This document shows, piece after piece, positions 29,813-38,900 of a stretch of DNA of 64,000 nucleotides (position 1 is its first letter; each line of letters starts with the position of its first letter). The stretch comes from a virus. Lineage: Duplodnaviria; Caudoviricetes. The DNA is taken from the IMG/VR virus record IMGVR_UViG_3300031746_000004, positions 1-64,000 of that record; one strand, 5' to 3'. The position numbers were made by a program, and so were the translations under genes. The notes beneath the pieces were generated by a model. It did no database searches. It saw nothing but the letters and a program-made list of their open reading frames with translations, and had not been told where the DNA came from.

Positions 29813-30083
29813 CTTTTTCTCCTTGTTTTATTTTATTTAAATGAAATTCTAATTCTTGTATTGTAAATTTATTTAAATCTATTTCTACATCTTTATATTC
29901 AGGTCTTATACTTAAAATTTCTTTGATAATAGGTTCTTTAATTACATCTATTGTATCTTGTATTTTTTCTTTTAAAACTTTAATTTTCTTATGAAGGTTT
30001 ATTCGTTCGGGTGTTCCTGCTTTACAAGACAATTTTAATTTTTTTAATTTTCTAATTTCTGATTTAATTTCTTTATTATTCAA
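29802..30083 (-). CDS. Hypothetical protein
   Basis: ORF with GAGGAG RBS and TTG start. Confidence 0.6.
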   Translation of the reverse strand: MNNKEIKSEIRKLKKLKLSCKAGTPERINLHKKIKVLKEKIQDTIDVIKEPIIKEILSIRPEYKDVEIDLNKFTIQELEFHLNKIKQGEKDGS

Positions 30084-30204
30084 TATTGCTCCTCTTTTAA
30101 ATATCCTTTGATAAAATTTCTTTTTGCTCCTGCGGAATGTTTCAGAGAAGTAAAATATATATTTATTTCATAATGTAACCACTTAATTACTATCATTTTC
30201 TCTC

Positions 30205-30615
30205 CTATATTAAAGATAAACCTTTTTCAATAAGTTTTTTTTCTGTAAATTTAGTATCTTCATTATAAAAAGTATCTTCTTCAATTTTATGTTTACAACA
30301 AGGACAAAGCTCTTCTTCAACACATATTTCCTCACATAATTGCCCTGTTATTCTGTCCTCAATACTTTTGCCTTTAATAGTTATATTGTCTTTAATTTCA
30401 TTTATATATAAACTATTAAAAAATTCTTTGGCTTCTCTATATGTATCAAAAGGTTTGTATGTCTTTGATTCACCTTTAAAATCTTTTGTTTTATCACTTA
30501 TCCATTCATAAGCATTCATATCTTTATTGCGATAATAATAATCTTCAAATATACTTACCCAATATTTATTTGGTAATTTTCCATCGGCTATTTGTATTGT
30601 AGAAATTTTTTTCAT
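30205..30615 (-). CDS. Hypothetical protein
   Basis: First gene after the promoter block. Confidence 0.7.
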   Translation of the reverse strand: MKKISTIQIADGKLPNKYWVSIFEDYYYRNKDMNAYEWISDKTKDFKGESKTYKPFDTYREAKEFFNSLYINEIKDNITIKGKSIEDRITGQLCEEICVEEELCPCCKHKIEEDTFYNEDTKFTEKKLIEKGLSLI

Positions 30616-30663
30616 CTTACTCCTTTATAATTAAAGTATATACTAAAATTAACACCTGAGCAA
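30616..30663 (-). promoter_or_regulatory. Sigma70-like promoter plus RBS block (TTGCTC-N17-TATACT)
   Basis: Consensus-like hexamers; shares the AGTATATACTTTAATTATAAAGGAG block. Confidence 0.8.
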
Positions 30664-30850
30664 ATCAAATTTTAGCATATCTACTTTTTGCCGCATTCGT
30701 ATTTCTCACTTGTATATCCATATATTTTCTAATTTTTATTGCTCTTTGTAAAAGTAATTCTAAATAATTCTTACAATTTTCTGGTGTCTTATTTTCTCTT
30801 GTTTGTAATTCATACTCTGCTAAATTAAATATATTCATATATCCCCCTTT

Positions 30851-31102
30851 TTAATAACCGTTAGAATTTTTAACTACCTCTAAAAATTTTGTTTTTTCCT
30901 CGCCTGTAAAATTATCCTCAATAAGTTTTACTATTACGCTTTCAAATTCAAACCTTTCCCAAGTCCTATTGTAATAGCAACATTTAGTCTTTGCAATATC
31001 CTGACCATTAAAACATAAAACTGCTAAATGTCTAAACCCATATCTTGTGTTTTCAAAATTGCAAACTATATTATACTCATTATTTAAATTGAAAATTCTC
31101 AT
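30851..31102 (-). CDS. Hypothetical phage protein
   Basis: TRYGFRH...YYNRTWERFEFESV motif. Confidence 0.7.
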   Translation of the reverse strand: MRIFNLNNEYNIVCNFENTRYGFRHLAVLCFNGQDIAKTKCCYYNRTWERFEFESVIVKLIEDNFTGEEKTKFLEVVKNSNGY

Positions 31103-31582
31103 TTTCTCACACCCCCTTTTTTTATAACTCTATTTCAGTATCTTCATTTAAATAAATCGCTGTTAATTCTTTATTTTCTCTTAATACCTGCAATTCGGCT
31201 AATTTAAATATATTCATATATTCTCCTTTGTTATATAATTAACAAACTTTTAATTTTTTGTAATTCACTTTCATCTATATCCATCCAGTTTGTTTCTCCA
31301 TTGGGCTTTATAATCTTAATTTTTGGTCTGAATTCACTATATTCTGTTTTTACTTTTTCAAATTGTTGAATTCTATATTCTTTTGTTATTTTATCCATAT
31401 ATATTATCACCTCACTTTCATTATATTATTGTAACATCTTTTATTTTGTCTTTTATAACTATTGACTTTTGAATTACATTTTGTATTTTCCAACAAGACT
31501 CACATAAGTAAGGTTCAACAACAGGATTGACGTGCCCAATATTTTCTTCAATTCCGCACTTTGAACATATATATTTCATAAT

Positions 31583-31960
31583 TTATTCTCCATTTTTCTG
31601 ATATAGACTCTCATTCAAGGTATAATGTAAATCATTCGCTGAATTCTCATATATAGTAATAATTTTCTTTTCAGCGGATATAACAAGAATAATATCTATT
31701 GTTTTATTGAATTTTATCCTATAACACAATTTCAATAATTCACCTTTGTCATCAGTATAGAATTCAAATATGTCTTCATACTTCAATTTTAAATTTTTAA
31801 TGAATAATAAAATTGCTTCAACATCAACATCCCTGTATTTCAAATTGTCCAGACAATGAGAAGAGAATGCCCATTGTTTGACATTTAACAAGCCTGTAAA
31901 TGTTTCCAGTCTTTTTGTATCTTCAAATTTAAAATATACTTTTTTATGATATCTTAACAT
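31583..31960 (-). CDS. Hypothetical phage protein (RelE/DUF4258-like nuclease fold possible)
   Basis: RYHKKV, FSSHC...R, KIITIY.N..D.H.TL. Confidence 0.5.
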   Translation of the reverse strand: MLRYHKKVYFKFEDTKRLETFTGLLNVKQWAFSSHCLDNLKYRDVDVEAILLFIKNLKLKYEDIFEFYTDDKGELLKLCYRIKFNKTIDIILVISAEKKIITIYENSANDLHYTLNESLYQKNGE

Positions 31961-32235
31961 TTCTTGTCCTTTGTCCATCAATAACATTCTTTAATTACAT
32001 TGTAGTTCAATTATTTTCAGACTGTCCAATACTCTATACCTTGTATTTTATAATTTATTTATTTTTGAATTTTCTAATTCTTTATGTTCCAGCCAATAAG
32101 TAAATGAACCTTTCAAATTATATCTTTCAAATAATTCTTGACAAGGAATATCATTTTCATTTACCCAGTCAATCCATAAATAATGCAATTGTCTTAAACT
32201 ATATCTTTTATTTTTCACGGTCATCTATTATCACC

Positions 32236-32430
32236 TCACTTTTTTTTAAGTTTATCGCAAGCAAGTTTATAATATCTCCGCCACCGCAATCTTTCAATTG
32301 CCATAGTTTTATCCTCAATCATTTGCCAAACAATTTTCTTGCCATATGAATTGATATAACCTTTGAGCAATAAAACTATAAACTTGATTGCCAATTTTCT
32401 TTGTTTTAGAGTCAGCCTGATATGTTTCAT
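32236..32430 (-). CDS. Small basic hypothetical protein
   Basis: Coupled to the GATase stop codon. Confidence 0.55.
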   Translation of the reverse strand: MKHIRLTLKQRKLAIKFIVLLLKGYINSYGKKIVWQMIEDKTMAIERLRWRRYYKLACDKLKKK

Positions 32431-33254
32431 TATTCACACCACCTGTCAATGTATAATTCCCTACAATCTTTACAACAGTTTATCATCCAATCATTATAAT
32501 ACTTTGTGTCTTTTTTATTCGACATACATAATTCGCAAAACTTTTTGCTATGCTTTGTAATTCTACCAAGTTTGTCCTGCTCTTTATAATCATCTACAAT
32601 ATCGTGCCACTTGTAATTATTGTATGAATTTGTATTGTTGTAAGCATCGAAGGGCACAGTATTATATATCATCCTTGTTTTAAAACCTTCATTGGAATAG
32701 TAGCATTCATCTGTGTGCTTAATAAATTTGCCAAATAATAAAATGTCAGATTCAATATCATTTGTCATTATAGCAAGTTTGTCTCCATTCAAAAACTTTG
32801 TAATCAATTTTTGTATAGTTTTATTTTTAAGATTGTTTTTTATTTTTGACGATGCCAATATGTCTATAATAAATTTTTGCGTGTCTGATAATTTTCTGTG
32901 CTGTCCATAGGGTAGAATTCCGTTATGAGCAACTGCAAACCTTGTCTTCAAATCCAAACATCTTAAAAGTTTTATGTTCCTTGTTATAGGGAACGGATGT
33001 CGATTGCCTTTGTCTATTAGTCCGTGTGTAGCAAGCCTGAAGTGTATAATCAGTTTGTCTTGTTTTTTAATAGTATCATTCAACCAGTTATAAAACTTTT
33101 TGAAATTGTTGAAATCTTTGCGAATGTAAACTGTTTGTATTCCTTGCTTTTTGTATGCTACTCCAACACCATCAGAATTATTTTTGTAGCATATTTCCAA
33201 AGTGCTTTTATTCGGGATGTCTACATTTTCAGGCTTAACTACTATCATACACAT
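32430..33254 (-). CDS. Class II (Ntn) glutamine amidotransferase
   Basis: MC start, N.DGVG, HFRLATHG, HPF, HNGIL, SDT. Confidence 0.9.
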   Translation of the reverse strand: MCMIVVKPENVDIPNKSTLEICYKNNSDGVGVAYKKQGIQTVYIRKDFNNFKKFYNWLNDTIKKQDKLIIHFRLATHGLIDKGNRHPFPITRNIKLLRCLDLKTRFAVAHNGILPYGQHRKLSDTQKFIIDILASSKIKNNLKNKTIQKLITKFLNGDKLAIMTNDIESDILLFGKFIKHTDECYYSNEGFKTRMIYNTVPFDAYNNTNSYNNYKWHDIVDDYKEQDKLGRITKHSKKFCELCMSNKKDTKYYNDWMINCCKDCRELYIDRWCE

Positions 33255-33256
33255 AT

Positions 33257-34756
33257 TTATTCACCTCTGTTTTGTAATACGGCACTTGCCATCTTTGCTG
33301 GGCTCATAATTCCTTGTGACTTTGTAATGCTTGTCAAGTGCATTCTACGTTTGATTAAAAATTTATACAAACATTTGTATCTGTTATTTATTTTCACATA
33401 ATCTATAAAATTACTCCAAGACTTTCCATTGAAGAAAATTATTGAAGTGCTTTGTTTTATAAAATCAATCACAGCAAGAATAAAATTTAATGAATTCATA
33501 AAACTTTCATAATTCAGAGTGCCCCTAAAAATTCTGAATTCAATTGTCTTGCTTGTCTCATTTACAGCAACGTATCTTGATTCATTTGGTTCCGCTGTCT
33601 TTGATAATATATTTTGGAAAGTATAATTTTCAATGCGTGCATAATGTGATAATGCATCTTCAGACTTTCTGCGTGAAATTTTTAAAATTTTATTTTTATT
33701 TAATGAAAAGAATGTTTTAAGTTTTATTATATCTGATTCATCAAAATGCTTTTTTGAAATATGAAAATGCAATCCACACAAATCATTATCGTGCGATGTG
33801 TATTTATTTTCTTTTAAATAAGTCAGCAAATCTTTTATCCTCAAATCTTTAAAACATAGTTTTGTTGTAGGATGACTCACTATCTCAAAACCTCTGCCGT
33901 TCAAACTGCCATCTTCTTTTAAATAATATCTGTCTTGAATTTTAAGTTTATTCAATTCATCTGTTAACTCCGATGCGTGCTCTTTTAAATTTTCTTCACA
34001 TAAAACTTCAAGTTCAAATCCTATATACAAAGCATTGTGTTCATAATCTTTTTTTACAAATTCAGGGTCAGGCTTGTATTCATATCCGCGCAAAATTCTA
34101 TCTCTATCATCATAACAAGACTCACAAACATATTCATCGGAGTCATCATTATACCTTAAATCATCTATCCAAACTATTTCATTACAACTGGCACAAGTGC
34201 CGCAATGATTATTAAAGCAATCTTCACAATAGAGTGTATCACTTGGGCTGTGATATGATTCATCCACAGAAAATGTATTGTTGCAATTGTCACAAACAAA
34301 ATATAATCTGTCAAAGCAAGATTGACAATAGACTTCACCATTTGGGCTGGACAACCTATCATCAATCAAAACTTCATTTTCACAACTGGCACAAGATATA
34401 TAATTTTCATTGTGCCATTCTTCATAGCAATCCTCACATAAAAATTTATTGTCTGCCCTGCGTGTCGCTTCAATAGAAAATTTATGACATTCATAACAAA
34501 AACTTTGACTCAATTTTATTGTAGTATGAATTGAAGTTAAGTCATCAACTACTTTTATCACTTCAATTTTATCATTTAAAATTCTGCCAAACAAGTTAAT
34601 CCCGTAAGTCTCATTCCATATCTTTGCTTGCGATAAACTTGTATTATAATTTAAAAGCAATCCAAATTGCTTGCCATTCCTATTTTCTAAAATAATAAGT
34701 TTGTCTGGAATTTTTAATACTACAGTATGTCTTTTAAATAATGTTAACATAATCAA
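33257..34756 (-). CDS. Putative amidoligase (COOH-NH2 ligase) with N-terminal zinc-ribbon repeats
   Basis: GFELEV, KEDGSL, FEIVSHP, CGLHFH, RY.AVN, TIEFRIFRGT; multiple CxxC/YCxxC units. Confidence 0.9.
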   Translation of the reverse strand: MIMLTLFKRHTVVLKIPDKLIILENRNGKQFGLLLNYNTSLSQAKIWNETYGINLFGRILNDKIEVIKVVDDLTSIHTTIKLSQSFCYECHKFSIEATRRADNKFLCEDCYEEWHNENYISCASCENEVLIDDRLSSPNGEVYCQSCFDRLYFVCDNCNNTFSVDESYHSPSDTLYCEDCFNNHCGTCASCNEIVWIDDLRYNDDSDEYVCESCYDDRDRILRGYEYKPDPEFVKKDYEHNALYIGFELEVLCEENLKEHASELTDELNKLKIQDRYYLKEDGSLNGRGFEIVSHPTTKLCFKDLRIKDLLTYLKENKYTSHDNDLCGLHFHISKKHFDESDIIKLKTFFSLNKNKILKISRRKSEDALSHYARIENYTFQNILSKTAEPNESRYVAVNETSKTIEFRIFRGTLNYESFMNSLNFILAVIDFIKQSTSIIFFNGKSWSNFIDYVKINNRYKCLYKFLIKRRMHLTSITKSQGIMSPAKMASAVLQNRGE

Positions 34757-35067
34757 TCGCCATCCTTCAAAATTGAAATAGACTGTTTTGAATAATACAA
34801 TTGACTTTCCAACTCTCTATTCCTTAACCAGTCAATCAAAACTTCATCACCGCAGGCAATTCTATTGCCTACATAATTGTTTGCTTTTTTATTCAGATGA
34901 CTTTTATTTAAGCAATCAAGAATAAAAATTTTATTTTCAAGGATGACTCCACTCTCAATAATATCTTCAGGTTCAAAACCTTTGACACGTGCCAATTGAT
35001 AATGGTGCATTGTATCGCTTTTAAACTTCTGTCCATTCTTCATAATAATAAATTTTAAATCTTTCAT
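34753..35067 (-). CDS. Hypothetical protein, first gene of the leftward arm
   Basis: ORF downstream of a consensus promoter. Confidence 0.7.
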   Translation of the reverse strand: MKDLKFIIMKNGQKFKSDTMHHYQLARVKGFEPEDIIESGVILENKIFILDCLNKSHLNKKANNYVGNRIACGDEVLIDWLRNRELESQLYYSKQSISILKDGD

Positions 35068-35107
35068 CCTCTTATCCTTTGTTCACTCTGTTCCTGTTTC
35101 CTATTAT

Positions 35108-35136
35108 AGTATACCTTACAATTCAACAGAAAGCAA
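35108..35136 (-). promoter_or_regulatory. Host sigma70-type early promoter (TTGCTT-N17-TATACT)
   Basis: Near-consensus hexamers with exact 17-bp spacing, ~40 bp before the first gene. Confidence 0.8.
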
Positions 35137-35151
35137 ATAAATCTTATACAA

Positions 35152-36483
35152 TAAACTGTTATAACTCAACCACTTACAAAGCCAACAAAATAAAAATCAT
35201 AATAAACCTAACTTGTTATAAATACATAACTTATAATAATTGAGTAGTAAAAATAATCTATACCTTAATAAAACCTTACAACAGGGATGTTTTGAACATA
35301 AATAAAAAACTATGAAGGTTATGTGCTATGATACATAAAACAACAAGATTGAATAAATCTATAATACGGAATAAAATAAAAACTAATCCTATTACAATAA
35401 ATAATTGAAGTAGTTAAGGAATATGAAATTGAAACTTTTAAAAAAGTTTATTCAACCAAATGTGCAAATAATTTTAACTATAATAAGTTAAATCTAATGA
35501 ATTATACCTAACCAATTGAAGTATAACAAGATAAGTTATAGGCAGGGTTCATTTTAGCGGATTACAACAGGACACCGAACGATACCCCTACTATACCTTT
35601 CTTTCGATTTTCTACCTTTTTCAACCTCTTTAACTTCAACACATTAAAAATTAAATCCACTCTAAAAATCGTAAAAACACAAATTGGTCGAAATATGCCC
35701 ATAACGGACATTAATATATATAATATCGGAATAGGATTATTGTTATCTTTTTTAGTTATAATCTTATCCTTTTTAGTTATAATTAACTTATTACCTTTAT
35801 TTAGGATTAATTAGCGTTTTTTTTCGGTCTTTTTATAACTTCTACCCTCTTTTACCTTATTGATATTATTATAGTTATATTAATACTAAATTAGTATTTA
35901 TCAGTATTTTATTAGTATTTCAAATCTACCTCTTCTACCTTATTGAAAACAAATAACTTACGATTTCTACCTAATTTCTACCTTTTTAGAAGGTAGAAGA
36001 TACTAGTTAATCTTAATACCTATATATATCTACCTATTTCTACTATTCGTTAAATAAACAAGATACGAAAAAATTACAGATAAATGTAATTTTTAAGTAC
36101 TAAAGTAGGAAGAAGGAGAAAGTAGTCGTGCTGAAGTTGCCCCCTACCCCCGACTTATTATTAGCTAAGATACTATATTTCTACCCTAATCTACCTTATT
36201 GTAAATAAAGAAGTTAGAAAAAGAATACAATGGTCGAATATATATAACGAGAATACGGTAAGTTAACCTAGCTTTATTAGGTTAACGTATTAGGTCGATA
36301 AGACCTAATTAGTAGACCATAGGGTTCTTCTTTTACGAGTATTTACGTAGTAAATACGAGTAAAAGATAAATTATTACTTTTATCGTATTGTATTGATAC
36401 TTTATATCATATAGATTAATATAATATATAAGTATACGTTGGTATAATATTTATACCTTAATTTATTGTAATTATTATAGTTA
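35152..36483. repeat. Non-coding region with six 25-bp IHF-like palindromic motifs, many TCTACC repeats and three adjacent inverted repeats
   Basis: See findings; no ORF of 60 aa or more in the track across this interval. Confidence 0.7.
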
Positions 36484-36501
36484 TAAAAATAATAATATAT
36501 T

Positions 36502-36545
36502 TACTTAAATAATCGGTATTTTCGAGTATACTTATAAGTAGAAGG
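36502..36545 (+). promoter_or_regulatory. Putative phage-sigma-dependent late promoter, copy 2
   Basis: Matches 20315-20358; heads the virion arm. Confidence 0.75.
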
Positions 36546-36599
36546 TAAAAATGTTCTTTAAAATATATAGACCAATTGAATTGAGTAGAAAGCAGCATA

Positions 36600-37205
36600 A
36601 TAACCGATAAAACTCGGTAAAGATACTATTAATAACAAACGTCTATCTGAATGATAGAAACGCAGTTAAAAGAAACTTATAAATAGGCTGCACAAACAAA
36701 ACTTTAATTCATGGTAAATTGTTGAAGAATATTATGATAACGATAATAGTTTGTATAGTTTGGTTATTTTTTATGTGGCTTTTTGGGCTAACTAAAAATA
36801 TACCAAGAATTTGATTTATTCTCTTTCTGATTTCTTGAGTTGAGATTGGCTAATAGTAAGCAATCGAAAAACAAATTAAGGATTCAGATTCAGAAAGAGT
36901 TATTATTGCTTGGAGGGCGTTAAGCTCTGCTTGATAGCTCTCCTTTGCTAGCTTCATACTGTCGATTGACAGATAAATGGGTAGCTACTGATTATCGGGG
37001 GCTACCCGACTAAAAATTAATTAAGGCTAAAGATAAAGTTATGGACTGGGAAATCCTGGTCGATTTTGTCTTTAGCCTTTTTTATTTATTAGCAAGGGAT
37101 TCGTCAAGTGTAGTAAAAACTGAAACGTCAACTTCGCTAATAATAATTATCACGATGGTGAGAAATACTTCATAGAAAGTTAAAAAGTAATGCTCACCCC
37201 ATAGG
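36600..37205 (+). ncRNA. Putative large structured RNA / late leader of unknown family
   Basis: At least 8 consecutive stem-loops, several with G-U pairs on the + strand. Confidence 0.55.
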
Positions 37206-37212
37206 AGAATAA

Positions 37213-37605
37213 ATGATATTAGATTTATATATAACTTATAAAAAAATAGAAGAAATAGATATAATTCAAGACCTCATAATTAAAAAAAGAGATTCTGTAA
37301 CTTATGACTGTTTTTTCTATGACGAAAATAATACTTTAGTTGACATTACAGGAGCCACATTATTTTTTACAATAAAAGAAAAATCATCTGATACAGATGA
37401 AACTGCAATTCTTAAAAAAACAATTACTTCTTTAACAAATTCTACAGATGGTGAAGCAAAAATCGAATTAAACCCAACTGATACTAATTTAACAGTTGGA
37501 AATTATATTTATGATATTCAGATTAAACTTTCTACTGGAGAAATATATACTTGTTTAGAAGGAAATATTTGTGTTAAACAAGATATAACAATCAGAACAA
37601 GTTAA
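37213..37605 (+). CDS. BppU N-terminal-like Ig-fold virion protein
   Basis: DITGATLFFTIK...GEAKIEL..TDT...GNYIYDIQ. Confidence 0.75.
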   Translation: MILDLYITYKKIEEIDIIQDLIIKKRDSVTYDCFFYDENNTLVDITGATLFFTIKEKSSDTDETAILKKTITSLTNSTDGEAKIELNPTDTNLTVGNYIYDIQIKLSTGEIYTCLEGNICVKQDITIRTS

Positions 37606-37606
37606 A

Positions 37607-38350
37607 ATGACTAGAGAATATTATTTAAAACATAGAAAAGAAATTTTAAAATATCATAAAAAATATTTTATAAAAAATAAATGTATGGATTGTGGAAAAA
37701 AAGTTAGTACAGAACATACTAAAAGATGTAGAAAATGTTATATAATTTTTTCTAAAGGAAAAAATGCGACCAATTATAAAAATGGTCGTTCTTTGATAGA
37801 AAAATTTTGTATTGATTGTGGTAAAAAAATAGATTGGAAGTCTAAAAATAATTATTGTAAAAATCATGTTGGTAAATATGTATCGCCAAAAGCAGAAAAC
37901 AGTTATAATTATATAGATGGAAGATGTTCTAAAAAATATTATTGTATAATTTGTGGAAAAGAAATAAGCCTTTCTTCTGGTTTTTATGGTAATAAAAAAT
38001 GTAGTTCATGTCATGCTAAAACAAAGACTCCTACTTTTGGAAAATTGCCTTCTCATGGAAAAAGAATTCATTATAAAAATAATTGCTTTCGTTCTACTTG
38101 GGAATCAAATTTTGCTAAATGGTTAGATAAAAATAATATAAAATGGTTATATGAATCAAAAACATTTAAATTAGATAATGGAACTTATACACCAGATTTT
38201 TATTTACCAGAATTTAATTTATGGATAGAAGTAAAAGGCTATTGGCGTGATAATGCTAAAGTTAAATTTGAATTATTTAAACAAAAATACTGCGGCGAAA
38301 GAATAAAAATTTTAGGAAGACAAGAATTAAAAATATTAAAAATAATTTAA
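37607..38350 (+). CDS. PD-(D/E)XK homing-endonuclease-like protein with zinc ribbons
   Basis: FRSTWE, WLYE, YTPDFYLP, IEVKGYW. Confidence 0.85.
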   Translation: MTREYYLKHRKEILKYHKKYFIKNKCMDCGKKVSTEHTKRCRKCYIIFSKGKNATNYKNGRSLIEKFCIDCGKKIDWKSKNNYCKNHVGKYVSPKAENSYNYIDGRCSKKYYCIICGKEISLSSGFYGNKKCSSCHAKTKTPTFGKLPSHGKRIHYKNNCFRSTWESNFAKWLDKNNIKWLYESKTFKLDNGTYTPDFYLPEFNLWIEVKGYWRDNAKVKFELFKQKYCGERIKILGRQELKILKII

Positions 38351-38365
38351 GGAGGAAATTAAAAC

Positions 38366-38611
38366 ATGATTGATAAATCATTAAGTTTTGGAATTCAAAA
38401 TTATTTTTTTGTTACTCAAGACGAAACAGACCCAGTTTATGTTTATGTTGGTTATCAAAATAAAAAAGGTTCTACATTACTTGGTCGTTACAAAAAAGAC
38501 GATACTGAAGGTTTATACTATATCGCTGTCGGAGCATTTGCTGGAATTTGGGCAGGTAGAGTAGGATATAGTTACGCTTTACCAAGTTTGCTTGTTGAAC
38601 CAGCGATTTAA
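38366..38611 (+). CDS. Small virion-associated hypothetical protein
   Basis: GGAGG RBS; YVGY...W.GR...Y motif. Confidence 0.65.
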   Translation: MIDKSLSFGIQNYFFVTQDETDPVYVYVGYQNKKGSTLLGRYKKDDTEGLYYIAVGAFAGIWAGRVGYSYALPSLLVEPAI

Positions 38612-38612
38612 T

Positions 38613-38900
38613 ATGAAACATTATTGCATCGATTGTAAAAAAGAATCAATCCGTAAAAGAGATAACTATATCTGTCAAAATTGTTCGATGATTGAAGAAG
38701 AACATTTGATAGTAATAGGTACTAATTTACATATTCATCATATTGATTACGATAAAGAGAATTGTAACGAGAATAATTTAATTACTTTATGTAATTCATG
38801 TAATGTAAGAGCAAATTTTAACAGAGATTATTGGAAAAATATTTTTCAAAATAAAATTGCCCAACTAAATAAGGAGGCAACCAAAAATGAGTCAATATAA
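38613..38900 (+). pseudogene. Internally deleted HNH endonuclease
   Basis: MKHYCIDCKKE joined directly to SIRKRDNYICQNC HNH core. Confidence 0.7.

Noticed and set aside
36640-36662. Hammerhead ribozyme core (CTGAATGA...GAAAC)
   Set aside because: Spacing deviates from CUGANGA and there is no stem II between the motifs.
36900-37100. tRNA genes in the structured region
   Set aside because: No cloverleaf with a TTC T-loop and acceptor stem could be built.
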